64,000 nucleotides of DNA from Octopus vulgaris (Eukaryota). Positions 1 to 13,064 of this stretch are shown piece after piece (the first letter of the stretch is position 1; the number at the start of each line of letters is the position of its first letter). Position numbers and translations under genes: made by a program. The notes beneath the pieces are model-generated. The model worked only from the letters and a program-made list of their open reading frames with translations. It was not told the origin of the DNA and did no database searches. The stretch lies in contig OX597824.1 in assembly GCA_951406725.2 (NCBI GenBank), positions 41,912,001-41,976,000 on the forward strand. The letters are read 5' to 3'.

Positions 1-139
1 ACACACACACACACACACACATGGAGGTGCACACAGTCTTTATTCGAAGTTTTGTCGCAGAGCGTCGTTTCCTTCGCGGTCCTTTCGGTTGGAGATTCAC
101 TACAAGCGCGTCCTCCATTACGTCAATGTTCATCACAGC

Positions 140-411
140 ACCCACCACCACCACCACTACCAACAACAACAACAACAACTCCGTCAGGACATCCCCCCCC
201 CCGCAGCTGTACTATCACCACCACCGCTACCACTAGTACCATTACCACCATTACTGCTGCTGCTAGCACAACCACCGATGACATCACCACCACCGAAATA
301 ATAACACACGCATCACTAGCCCAAATAACACCACTACCAACACGAACACCATTTCCTCCACTATAAAAACCACCACTCCATTACTATTACTACTGCTGCT
401 GCTGCTGCTGT

Positions 412-475
<64 letters not shown>

Positions 476-476
476 G
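140..476. repeat. Compound trinucleotide microsatellite (CAC/CAA/CTG/TAC)n
   Basis: Direct reading; explains the poly-T/H/Q ORFs at 21-366. Confidence 0.9.
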
Positions 477-1007
477 CAATGCTTTAAAATATTGCTGAAC
501 GAATCGATCCCACTACTTATTTTTCGTACACCTCATACTTATTCCGTCCTTCCTTTTGCAAAACCGTTAAGTAACGTGGACGTATACAAACCGTTTGTCA
601 AACGGTTGTGAGGGACAAGCACGGATACAGAAACATATATATACATACATAAGTATATACATGCATACACACTCATATACAAGTACACACTCATACACAT
701 ATATGCTTTTAGATTGTGTATGTATGTATTTATGTGTGTGTGTGTGTGTGTATGTGTGTGTGCATGGCCTAATGCTACTCTTAATCGCAAGGACATGGTT
801 TCACTTCTCGGACCATTTTACATTGGCCTGCGATGACTTGGACATCTGAGGTGTGGCACATGGTATACCTATACAGGAAATATCGATTTGATGGAGGAAA
901 TGAGTTACCGCACTGCCTAAACTTTTGATCATTATAAAGAAATCATATGTGCCGTTTGTCTTCGTTTGTGTGTGCGTGCGAGTACCCAGAAATTTCTGGC
1001 ATGGTAA

Positions 1008-1238
1008 GGCGGCGAGCTGGCAGAAACGTTAGCACACCGAGCGAAATACTTAGCGGTATTTCGTCTGTCTTTACGTTCTGAATTCAAATTCCGCCGAGGT
1101 CGACTTTGCCTTTCATCCTTTCGGGGTCGATAAATTAAGTACCGGTTACGCACTGGGGTCGATGTAATCGACTTAATCCCTTTGTCTGTCCTTGTTTCTC
1201 CCCTCTATGTCTAACCCCTTGTGGGCAGTAAAGAAATA
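1008..1238 (+). mobile_element. tRNA-derived SINE, family A (Meta-domain-like core), full length with TSD
   Basis: Head GGCGGCGAGCTGGCAGAA, B-box-like TTCAAATTCC, core GCCTTTCATCCTTTCGGGGTCGATAAATTAAGTACC. Flanking direct repeat agaaatttctggc[a/t]tggta at 988-1006 and 1239-1257. Many other copies in the window. Confidence 0.9.
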
Positions 1239-1533
1239 AGAAATTTCTGGCTTGGTACCTAGGTGCCCATTTAGCTTCCAAGGGATGATTGGATGCTAGG
1301 CCCTGACTGAGGGAAATAGCTCTGGAGATGGAGAAGTATTTGTACCAACATTGTTATCAACATTTTCCAGTAGTGTGGTTTTGGTCTTGCACAAGCTTCC
1401 ATCAGTAAAAAAAAACATCGATGTAGATAGTAAACAGCTGGTGGTTGGAGCCTCATACGTCGAAAGTCGAAATCGATGTGAGAATCCAATACATACATAC
1501 ATACATACATACATACATACATACATTCATACA

Positions 1534-1564
<31 letters not shown>

Positions 1565-1959
1565 GTTTATATATATACATATACATACATATTTATATGT
1601 ATGTATATATATGCATATATGTGATAATGTATGTACATAAATTATTATGTAATGAATTTATTATATTTATATTATAATTAATTGACATTTATACTTATGT
1701 TCTGAAAATATTTTCCACATTGTAATGAAAAAAACTATTAAATAATCAAAAGTTATAACATAAATTCCAGACTTTATATATTTATGTATGCTTTTGGTGT
1801 GAATGGTTTTGTTATACGGCGCTGTATTTTACAATCCTGTAAATAATAATAATGGCATTTTTTATACAAATTTAAAGCGATAACCGTGCAATGACTAAGG
1901 AAAGTAGTCTAATAACGGGGCATATGAACCTGCGACAGAAAAAATAAAGTTCTTCCTAT

Positions 1960-2030
1960 CCGCGTGTGATTCGAACCTACGTCATTTTGCTAACGCGCCT
2001 AAGTATGTTACCTTTACACCGGCGAATTAG
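1960..2030 (-). mobile_element. tRNA-like Pol III head (degenerate SINE head or pseudo-tRNA)
   Basis: Minus strand reads gccGGTGTAAAGGtaac...GGTTCGAATCacacgcgg: A-box- and B-box-like motifs at tRNA-like spacing, but no clean cloverleaf. Confidence 0.4.
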
Positions 2031-2087
2031 CCTCACCTTGTCGGTCAAATTTAAGAATTATATTAGTTCGTGTTTTATATATATATA

Positions 2088-2364
2088 TATTTATATTATA
2101 TAGAGGGTACTATTATTCATAGGTACCGCACGCTAGGAGGGACTTTTGCAGTCAAAACTACTAAAATAAACAAATTGTACCGAATGCAAAACTTCAAAGC
2201 AAGTCATTTAAAAACAGGTGATATGTAACTAAATTCTGTTTTTAAATGACTTGCTTTGAAGTTTTGCATTCGGTACAATTTGTTTATTTTAGTAGTTTTG
2301 ACTGCAAAAGTCCCTCTAGCGTGCGGTACCTATGAATAATAGTACCCTCTATATAATATAAATA
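2088..2364. repeat. Near-perfect long inverted repeat (~130-bp arms, 18-nt loop)
   Basis: 2088-2217 is the reverse complement of 2236-2364 apart from one indel. Confidence 0.95.
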
Positions 2365-2472
2365 AATATTTTCAAAGTGGAAAAATTTACAGATTTTTTC
2401 TCTTACGAGGTGTTTCACGCTAACTACTGATAATTTCTTATAAAGATTTTATCCTTATTTTTAAATAAATAA

Positions 2473-2513
<41 letters not shown>

Positions 2514-2784
2514 CGTGTTTATATATATATGAATGAATATTTACAGACACATACAACAGTACGGACAACAATATATATATATATAACTAATGTATCTCCG
2601 TCAATTTGAATGATGGGTTAGGAGTATTCTGTTGTTCATTCTAATGAACTCAATGACCTTGTGATTTCAAAGTGAAATTCTTAAACATCTTAATATTACA
2701 AGATGTATATGCACATATGTAAGTGTGTGGGTATAGGTGTGTCTGTGCGTATATGTGTGCATGAATGTGTGCAATATGTGTGTG

Positions 2785-2858
<74 letters not shown>

Positions 2859-3204
2859 TATATCTTTTAGATTCGTTTAACATAATGTTAGGCGTATGCA
2901 AATAAAACTCCCATTTCATTATGCCATCTACAATCTAATGATACTGACTAGTCACTAGTGAATCAGTTTTGCGGAGTTGCATCACGGTTGTATGATAAAT
3001 ATTATAACTTTAATTCTAGGATGGAATTTATACATCGCTAGGCACGTTTCCACAAATCACATGATTTTGACATCAGAGTCGGTATCCATGGGACTAGTAT
3101 AGTATAGTCCGTATAGGCTACACTATGTCTGTACGTGTATGTGAGTAGCGATTTATTATATATTTATAAAGTCCGTCCTAGAATTATTGTTATATATATA
3201 TGTA

Positions 3205-3248
<44 letters not shown>

Positions 3249-3395
3249 TTATTGTTATATATTTATAGATACATACATACGTAATATATATATATATATG
3301 TATATATATCTGCACACAGATACACATGTACATAGACACAATTTTGCATATGTATTTGAATATGTGTACGTGCATATATATATATATATATATTT

Positions 3396-3451
3396 ATTTA
3401 TTTTATAGAAGGAGCTTCTACAGGACTAGAAGCTCCTTCTATAAAATAAAT
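3396..3451. repeat. Perfect 25-bp-arm hairpin at the start of a short insert in (TA)n
   Basis: atttattttatagaaggagcttcta-caggac-tagaagctccttctataaaataaat. Confidence 0.9.
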
Positions 3452-3516
3452 TAATTTACTCTGCTATGTATTGAGTACCTTATTTACTGTGGTTAACCCC
3501 GACTCAACCCGGGACC

Positions 3517-3575
<59 letters not shown>

Positions 3576-3721
3576 GTACATATAATACATACACACAGAT
3601 ACATAAATATTCATATAAGTATGAATGCGTTTATAAAGAGATACTAATATATATGCATACATATACATTTATATATTTACACATATATACGTACATTTAT
3701 ACACACACACATACATACATG

Positions 3722-3794
<73 letters not shown>

Positions 3795-4108
3795 ATATAT
3801 ATGTATGTGTATATATATGTGTATATATGTTATTGTGTGAATATACATAGAATTCTCTTTTTCTCTCTTTAGACTTCCTGTTACATTCATTCATTCATTC
3901 TTCTTCTCACTTTTCATCATCATCATCATCATCATCATCCTCTTGTTGTTGTTCTTCTTCTTCTCCTTCTTCTTTTTCTTCTACTTCTTCTCCTTCTCCT
4001 CCTTCCCTTCATCCCCTCCTCCACCTCTTTCTCCTCCCCTCCTCTTTCTTCTCCCCCGTATTTAATCTTCTGCTTACACCTTCCTCTGTCTTCTTTTTTT
4101 TCCTGTAG

Positions 4109-4463
4109 CTGCAGCCAGCAAACAATAATACAAAAGTCGGATACGAATGCGAAAGACTTTCTCTGATCTCCAACGCGCGAATTATTTGCCAACGTCATCG
4201 GTGTATGGAGCCGCTATTAGAAGAGTATATTTGGCTGGCGGGAAATCCTTGGTAAATGGAAAGAGACCTTAAGCTTCTCAAAGCTGAAATGATGACAAAT
4301 CTATATACGCAGCGGTGTCAAAAGATATTGTGTTATCACTATAAACCGTAAAAGAGGGGGTGGATTCACTGGTGTTATTATTATTATTATTATTATTATT
4401 ATCATTATTATTATTGGTGGCATGGCGGCAAAAAGTGAAGGAGTGTGGAAAAAGAACACGCCT
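4109..4463 (+). other. Candidate host exon (5'UTR plus 14 codons MAAKSEGVWKKNTP), unverified
   Basis: Long pyrimidine tract ending tcctgtag at 4108; ggcATGG at 4422; donor cct|GTGAGT after 4463. No frame is open across the whole exon and no homology is recognised. Confidence 0.2.
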
Positions 4464-4507
4464 GTGAGTGTGTTTTATACATACATATGTACATATATAC
4501 ATAAATG

Positions 4508-4594
<87 letters not shown>

Positions 4595-5159
4595 GCATAT
4601 ATATATACATATATTCATGTACACATACACATAATCCATGTATACATATAGGTGTGCATGCAAAAATACATTCATCAAACACCCATACACGAACACACAC
4701 ACGCGCGCGCGCGCGCACTCGCACTCGCACTCACACACACACACACACACACATACACATGTATATATGCGTATAAATCCACACGGATGTTTTTTAAGAC
4801 TTTTCTAAAATTCTTTCAGAATGTTTCCTTTAAATTTTTCTCTTCTATTTTTTTTTTTCATATTCTCATTTTTACGGTGGGAGATGGGTGACTTGAGGAA
4901 AAATAATTTATATCCCTAATATACTTTGGGGTTTGGATTGTTTTAAAAATCATTTCAAACAAACATTCCTTATTTTTCCCTATTCTTTTCTTTTGTTTTG
5001 TGCCTTTTTTATTTCCTACATTTTTTATTTTTGTTTTACACTGTCTTTCCTTCCTTATATTTTTCATACTTTTCGGATTCTTTGTTGCTGTTTTAGATTT
5101 TTCTGAAATACATTACTTCCATTTGTTTTTTTTTTAGATAATAGCAAGGGACAAATATA

Positions 5160-5350
5160 GAAGACTCTACGTAGTCACAGGATCTCCTAGAAATAGCTGT
5201 CAAATCTCCATGAGATTACATGCATCATCTTGGAAAAAAAGTAGATGTGAGATGTGCTGTTATGTGCAATATGATAGGAGAAAAATGGAAACTCAGATAT
5301 GATGGAGAGAGCTGTAATATCGTTAAAGTTCTTCTCGATCATAACACTGA
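5160..5350 (+). repeat. Degenerate copy of dispersed ~200-bp repeat (family F)
   Basis: ctctacgtagtcac...ctagaaatagctgtcaaatctcc resembles the reverse complement of copies near 25700-25900, 30975-31130, 40245-40420, 40475-40670, 41145-41292 and 46455-46660. Confidence 0.6.
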
Positions 5351-5391
5351 GACTAACATATATTTTCAAGTAAGTGTATCTATATCTATAG

Positions 5392-5554
<163 letters not shown>

Positions 5555-5647
5555 ACCGGCCGAAATTGCAAAGATAATCTGGAACTCGGCTGAGGAAAGA
5601 AAACTCCGAATGACCCGTCTGGATGTTTTGCGTTCTTGTCCCACTTT

Positions 5648-5690
<43 letters not shown>

Positions 5691-5692
5691 GT

Positions 5693-5754
<62 letters not shown>

Positions 5755-5996
5755 GAAAAACAATGATAAAGATAAATGGTAATAATAACGAGAAGGAGCA
5801 GGAGTAGAAAGATGAGGAAGAACGTGTAGAAATGTATACAGAGGTAAATACTCACCACTATATTAAGTTAAGGCAGAATAAATGCTTAGAAAACATCAAC
5901 ATATCAGTATCACAGACAAACGAACTACATGCGCACATACGAAAATATATACAATTGTGTACATGTATATAAGGATATAAGTACAGATATATTGAA

Positions 5997-6224
5997 GGCG
6001 ACGAACTGACAGAAACGTTAGCACACCGGACGAAATGCGTAGCCGTATTTCGTCTGCCGCTACGTTCTGAGTTCAAATTCTGCCGAGGTCGACTTTGCTT
6101 TTCCTCCTTTCGGGGTCGATTAAATAAGTACCAGTTACGCACTGAGGTCGATATAATCGATTTAATCCGTTTGTCTGTCCTTGTTTGTCCTCTCTGTGTT
6201 TAGCCCCTTGTTGGTAGTAAAGAA
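5997..6224 (+). mobile_element. SINE family A, full length with TSD
   Basis: Colinear with 1008-1238; flanking repeat atataagta[c/t]agatatat at 5975-5992 and 6225-6242. Confidence 0.9.
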
Positions 6225-6489
6225 ATATAAGTATAGATATATACACACATATACACATGCATACACGTTCAGACTATCACACATACATGTTTATATCTAT
6301 CAATATACCTATATTATCATGCATGCATGTTTGTACGTATGTATACATACACATATATAACTCAGCTTACATCGGTAGTTGGTTCCAAGACACGCAATTT
6401 AATTAGAGAAATGACTTAACAAGTAAAAGCATAAAAAATTTTATTAGCTTATAAATAGTGGTACAAATAAATAGGTGTGTGTGTGCGTG

Positions 6490-6715
6490 CGTGCATCTTT
6501 GTCTTTGTGCTTGTTCCCTCCCACTGCTCGACAAGCGGTGTTGGCGTGTTTATATTCCTGTAGCCTAGCGGTTCGGCAGAATAGACCGATAGAATAAATA
6601 CCGGGCTTTAAAACTAAGTCCTGGGCTCAATTCCTTCGGCTAAAAAATTCTCCAAGGCGTTGCTCTAGCATGGCCACAGTCAAATGACTGAAACAAGTGA
6701 AAGGTACAAGATAAA
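6490..6715 (+). mobile_element. SINE family B, 3' half
   Basis: gcggttcggcagaatagaccgatagaataa...gcatggccacagtcaaatgactgaaacaagt matches the 3' half of 62166-62567. Confidence 0.8.
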
Positions 6716-6930
6716 GAATACTCTCTTAATATTTAAACCCTTATTTATTTTTCGTTATTCTTCATATTCTCAATACATTTCATATTGTATTCTATTTGTT
6801 TATTCATTTATTTGTCTTATTCTTTTTTATTAGCATATGATCTATTAATTCCTACACAACGCAACGTTTAGCCAATTCTTTGGAAAGTAAATTTCTATGA
6901 TAAACATATTCTTTCTTATTTTATTTTTGA

Positions 6931-7316
6931 CTAGCAGTATCGCCCGGCGTTGCTCAGGTTTGTAAGGGAAATAACTATAAAGCATTTTTAGAGAGTTATA
7001 GCCAAAAAATAGCAAAAAAATGGGAAAAAAAATGATGGTAAATTTTTTTTGAGAGTTAAAAAAGGTCGAGTTGCGTCCCCTAGACAGTCTGTGGTTTGTG
7101 TTTCTGATTCTCGACCCCATGTCGAATTTATCGATTTTTTTCAGAACTGGGGGAACTTTTCAAAATTTTCGCTGCGTTAGTTTTGAATTATGACATTGGG
7201 CTATGTGTGTGTCAAGTTTCATCAGAATCGGTTGAAAGCCGTGGTCAGGGTGAGGGTACAACCAAACAGACACACAGAAACACACACAGACAAACTGCCG
7301 TTTATATATAGAGAGA
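6931..7316 (-). mobile_element. Non-autonomous Helitron
   Basis: Minus strand begins A|TCTCTCTATATATAAACGGC and ends with hairpin cctgagcaacgccggg followed by cgatactgCTAG|T. 5'-TC, 3'-CTAG and A/T insertion site are Helitron hallmarks. Confidence 0.8.
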
Positions 7317-7414
7317 TTTTACTCAATTCATTTTATTTGACTGTACTCTTTTTCTGAATTCGTATTTAGCCACTGTCATCACTTTATTAATTCACTCCAT
7401 ATACAGTAATCGTA

Positions 7415-7662
7415 TTGGGTTGGTGCATAATTATTGCAGCATTTTTTCAACAAATTTTATTCAACAAAAACAATAACAATATTTTACAAAAACATCTTTA
7501 AATAACGGTCTGACCGTCTGCCAAGCAAATGGGAAGCAGTAATTGAAGTAGATGGTGAATATGCTCCGGAATAATCCTTTAAAGATGTTTTTGTAACATG
7601 TTGTTGCTTTTGTTGAATAAAATTAGTTGAAAATAAGCTGCAATAATTATGCACCAACCCAT
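7415..7662 (+). mobile_element. Mariner-derived MITE (internal deletion derivative)
   Basis: TA-flanked TIRs TTGGGTTGGTGCATAATTATTGC with extended inverted arms (~85 bp). The centre encodes a mariner transposase C-terminus (RLPSKWEAVIEVDGEYAPE*). Confidence 0.85.
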
Positions 7663-8455
7663 TAGTATTTATAAAGGATAAAATCTGACGAATACATTTA
7701 TTGACCGTGACTATATAATCAAACTATCTGCTACTTATTGCAGAGTATACATATATATATATATGTAATGTATGATATGATATTACTTATGTAACCAACA
7801 CCGATGAGAAAATAATTGTCAACTAACGGAATAAATTAACATCTACACTCTCATTTTTATATATATTTTCTACTATTGCGATTCTTGTAAGTATATATAC
7901 GCACGTGTGTGCGTGCGTGCGTGTGTGTGTGTGTGTGTGTGTGCGTGTGTGTGTGTGTGTGAGTGTGTGTGAGTGAGTGAGTGTGTATACGTAGATATGT
8001 GTATGTGTTTAGAGGGATATATTATCCAGGTGGATAACATGGTAGCACCCAGCTTTGAGTTCGCTTCGAACCAAGCTGGTTGAAAGACCCTGAACGAGGC
8101 TGCACAGAAATTTATGTCCGGTTGCATACGCAACTGCTCAAACTCTATGTATATTTATGATATATATAAAATAAACTCCCGTTCACAAACTCCCACACGC
8201 AACATGGACAAGAATCTTAAGAAAATACGAAATTACAATCATTTCAATGTCATGATTAGCGAAAGCGAAACTGGTCGACAAACACAATACTCTTTCACTT
8301 ATGAAATATATTAAACATATGTAAACTGGGTGCATTTTCCTTCTTTTATTTTATATATATATATTTTGCATTACGACTCACCACGTGGGGCTAATCGAAA
8401 TTCTACTCTCCTTTCTCTTACATTGTCTTATATATACGTGTGTGTGTCTATCCAC

Positions 8456-8489
<34 letters not shown>

Positions 8490-9419
8490 GAAGTAATACG
8501 CAAATTACCAAGACGAGCTATATAGAATTTACAAATTTAGTTAAATATGATGATACCATAAATGCACAAACATATTGGAGAGTGGAGAAATTATTAATAA
8601 AATAAAATGTACAAACTAGCGAGCGATTATACTCTGTAATTGTCATATTTACTTAAACCCGGGGCGTATTTAGGAGTAAAAAAAGTGCTGCTTTTGTCTA
8701 TGATACTCAAATACTTGCAGTCAAGGAGATAAAAGCTGTCCTCTTTAACATTGTCCTCCAGGATAGCACAACCAGCGCCTTGTTCTTGAATCGCTGTGGT
8801 ATGTCTGTGAAAATCTGATACGAAGGTATCTGCGAAGAAATTTGAAAACAAAAACACAAAGGACTAGAAATGGATGTTACAGAATCATTGGAAATGAAAT
8901 GTAGTGTCTTTGTTAAGAGAGGAACTCTCTGTAGCGTAGAAAGAATAGCAGGGAAAAAAATACTTAAAATTTGAAAGGCTTCCTTGCAGACCTTTCACAA
9001 ATGAATTCCAGAAGAGAGTACCCTTAGGAAGTTTATACATTCCAAGGGAAGTATTTATATTGAATAGTAGTGTACAAAGGGACACTGATAAATTGATAAA
9101 AACGCATACCAAAATAAAACATTCAATGTTATGGAAACCACTCAAGTACTGTATAATACCGAATATTTAGCTAAAAATATAAGCCCTTCAGCTGATTCAT
9201 CTCGCGTATTTACTGAAAGTATGTAACAATATATACATCTTGACCAAAATGGAATATGCTTTTGTATTGAAAGCAGACGACATATTACAGATATCTTTTG
9301 CCGTATTACTTTATTGAAGCAATGGGATTGTCACAGAGGAATATAACAAAAATGTAACATAAAATGCGATCAACAAATCATCCAAATAAAAGCACTCTTA
9401 TAAATCCGGAAAATAATAA

Positions 9420-10620
9420 TTGTTTCTGGTTTAGACACGAGGTTAGCAATTTCGAGAGGAAGGTATTAGTTGACAGCATTGACCAGTTCTTGAGTGGTAC
9501 GCCAGTGTATAATAAATAATGGGCGACTACGTCGCTGAAATCATGACAGAAATAATGAAAGGCAAAGTTGACCTCGGAGTGATTTGAACTCAGAACGTAA
9601 AGAGCCGGAATAAATACCGCAAGTTATGTCTTCCCATATTCTAACAACTCAGCCTGTTCATAGAAACCATAATAATAATCTTTTCTAACGTAGGTTCAAG
9701 GTCAGAAATATTTTGAGGCGACAGTAGTCATATGAACACGTATTTGGGAGGCTGAATTAATTAGTTGATCAAAACGATCCCATTGGAAGAAATTTTGGGG
9801 GAGGGTATTAGTCGATTACATTAACCGTAGTGTTCACTGGTACATAATTTATCGACCCCGAAAAGATAAAAGGCAAGGTCAACCTCGGCGGAATTTGAAC
9901 TTAGGACGGACGAAATGCCGCTAAGCATTTTTCCCAGCGTGCTAACGATTCTGCCAGCTCGCTGCCTTACAGAATAATAAAAAATTATATATTCTTACTG
10001 ATTCACACTGCCAGAAATTTGGGAGGAAGGAGTTAGTCGATTAAATTGTACTCAGTACCTGACTGGGACTTTATTTTACCGACCCCAGAGATGAAAGGTA
10101 AAACTGATCGCGGTTAGATTTGAACTCAGAAAGTAGAGTCGGGAGAAATACCGCAAGGAAATTTTTTACGGCACTCTAACGATTCCGCAAAAAAAACCAA
10201 AAAAATAACGCACGTGTATAATAAATAATGGGCAACTCGACCTAAAGAAAATTCTAACTGGGCTTTATCTGTATGGCCATGCGCTGTTTATCTTGATATG
10301 AACTCACCCTGCTGAGCAGTTATGGTTGTGATGCATGTGCCTAGTGTACTCTTATCAAACGTGTAATCATGTTGGATATATTAACCTTTCATCGCTTTAA
10401 TAGAATGCACGGCTCTCTCACTCAATAATAATTTCTTTCTACTATAAGCATAAACCTGAGACTTGTTGGGGGAGGGGGCCAGCCGTTTACAACGACCTCA
10501 GTGCTTGACTGATACCTATTTTATCGACCCTGAAAAGGTGAAAGCAAAGTTGACCTCGACGGAGAACGTAGAGACGGACGAAATACAGCTAAGCAGCTTG
10601 CCCGGCGTGCTAACTGTTCC
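9420..10620 (-). mobile_element. Cluster of four or more degenerate family A SINEs, same orientation
   Basis: Recurring gaccc...gaaagg[c/t]aa...atttgaact motif near 9560, 9870, 10095 and 10540. Confidence 0.75.
10235..10430 (+). mobile_element. Truncated copy of (TAA)n-tailed repeat family E
   Basis: gaaaattctaactggg...atggttgtgatgcatgtgcc...ctcactcaataataa, shared with 12570-13060 and 48185-48378. Confidence 0.8.
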
Positions 10621-10764
10621 GAAATGGCTGAATGAAAAAATATCTCAAAAAAAAGATCCCAGAAATATTTAGAAAATAATTAAACCGGTTGGCTGACCAG
10701 ATCACATTATAGGGAAACAATTGTCTGAATAATCTTTTCCTTGTTTCTCTTATTGGATTGTATC

Positions 10765-11130
10765 CATGTTTGGGCACCGCCATAAAAGGTTAATTCGAAC
10801 AAATCGACCTTAGTACTTATTCTGTCGAAGTTGGTGTAAACGAACCCACACGATTACCAAGAGGTGTAGGGAAAAACTTTCCTCCACACACACACACAAA
10901 CAGTGGCAGATTTTCACTATCTATCTATCTATCTATCTATTTGTCGGTCTGTCTGTCTTCTGTAGATATACGATTAGCTTCCATACAATTTACGCCAACT
11001 AAATTCACTCAGAACGCATTAGTCGGCACGGGGCAATAATAGAAGTGACGGTGTTGCACAGCAGAGACTGAACCCGAAACCACAGATTCGCAAAGTGAAG
11101 TTCTTTACCATACACTCATGCTATCGCCTG
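10765..11130 (-). mobile_element. Degenerate SINE family B
   Basis: tcgaacaaatcgacc...tagtacttattctgtcg...aaattcactca...gactgaacccgaaaccac. Confidence 0.65.
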
Positions 11131-12512
11131 TAGAAATACTGTAGAAATAATGAATGCTTCACGAATTGACAACGAGAACACTTCCGTGTGTCGTTATCTT
11201 CAAGACCTCAATTCAAGTAGTTGCGATTGTCTCAGCAAGGCTTACTTTCACAACTAGGGTTTTCAGGTCCGGCCAATGATTATAATTTCAGGATCTGTTT
11301 GGGAGCTTTTAAATGATGCGTCATGTTATATTTTATTTATCAAATGAATTAGTCTGTTACTATATGTCTTTTTGTTATTAGAGATAAGTTTATTCTGACT
11401 TCTCTCATACCGCTAACTCAGTTCCTGTTTACTACAGGACACTACGTCCTTAAAACATTTTTATTTCTTCATTTTATTTATTTATTTATTTATTTATTTA
11501 TTGCTGCAGAAGTCGCTTTCCTGATTTTTACAAAATAATTTTTATAAGGCTTAGTTATAGGAATGATTGATTTTCATTTTTGTTCTTTATTCTTTAGTTT
11601 CCGTTTCTTCTTTTTCTTGAAGGGTTCTAAATTCTTGAACTTCATTAAGATGTAAAAGAATTCTTTCCATTGTGGAATGTGTCCAATGTGTTTGCGTCCT
11701 TGCATCCTTTTGTAGGAACCATGAAGCTTAAAATAGAGAGATATTTCATCATCTAATTACATAAAACCTGAAAAATAAGAAGCTCTAATGTAAAAGAAGT
11801 TTCCTCAGCCATCGTAACACACAAAAAAAAAAGAAAGAAAGAATTGAACTGAGGCGAATGAACGCAAATAAAAACGAAAGATGGAAAAAGGAAACAAAAT
11901 TCGAATTTTCCAAAAATAAAATCACATTAACACAATTCAATTACATGGGAGACATTCTGATTTCTATAGCAATGTTTTGTCTATTTTTTTTTTACTAAGA
12001 ATTTGCTCATTATATTTTTTCTACTTAAAATTTGAGGTGCATCTCGCCGCATATTTATAGACGATGAAATACAGTCTACTGAGACAGACTTCAGTACATA
12101 ATTGTCATTTATTTTACCGAACTAAGAGTGGGGAAAACGTGAAGTCAAATGTCGGAAGTATTCAAACTCAAAACATGATGACACGTGACTAAATGTCGCA
12201 GTTTATTTAGTTCGCCATTATGTCTTTCCTGTTCTTCTATCTCTATAGTTCGAGGCTACTTTACGTTTGCTCGAGGTTACAGATTAGTAGAGAAAGCAGC
12301 ATTGTTAACTGAGGCTATTAGCTTATATGATTGTTTCTTTTTTTTTATATAAATCCTTGCACAAAGAAAAATAAACCACAGAATGGTGGTTTTTCAAAAT
12401 TCCGATATAAAGAAACGAAATAACATTTCTTCCAATAATAATTATTATTACAAATTTTTGCCACCGGGGCAACTTTCGTCCAACGCGCTAACGATTCTAC
12501 CAGCTCACCACC

Positions 12513-12567
<55 letters not shown>

Positions 12568-12569
12568 GT

Positions 12570-13060
12570 TTTGTCTTGGTATAAAAGACGGGCTACAGCA
12601 AATATTCTGCTCAATACCACAGATTTGCTTGTCAGTTGTTTGACCTTAACCAGTTGAGCATGTCCCTTAGTGGCTGACGATATGTGCATCTCTGATCACG
12701 AGCAGAAGTAGTGGGGGAGCATCATAGCCATGTGTTGAGAAGGATTCTTTGGGGTTTGAATAATTCACCTCTGGAAACATGGGTGTTTCGTTCAACGTCC
12801 TTAAACAACCCTTATTCAGGGACCTTTTGAGCGGGATGGGTTACTCGATCTGAAGAAAATTCTAACTGGGCTCCACCTGCTGAGTCATGTGCTGTTTATC
12901 TTGATATGAGATCACCATGTCGCGCACATATGGTTGTGATGCATGTGCCTGGTGTACCCTTATCAGTCGGGTAGTCATGATGGGTATACTGGGCTTCGTA
13001 TATTTTACCCCAGTGTCATTTTGATGGCATGCTCTGCTCGCTCACTCAATAATAATAATA
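12570..13060 (+). mobile_element. Repeat family E in (TAA)n; probable LINE 3' UTR
   Basis: Preceded and followed by (TAA)n; three copies in the window share the 3' end ctcactcAATAATAA and have variable 5' truncation. Confidence 0.65.
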
Positions 13061-13064
13061 ATGC

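Noticed and set aside
5138-5369. Apparent exon (tttag| ... |gtaagt) with ankyrin-like IVKVLLDHN
   Set aside because: No frame is open throughout, and the DNA is a decayed copy of dispersed repeat family F.
8885-9145. ORF in the same frame as 8627-8857, suggesting one gene
   Set aside because: Two stops (TGA and TAG) lie between them and no homology is recognised.
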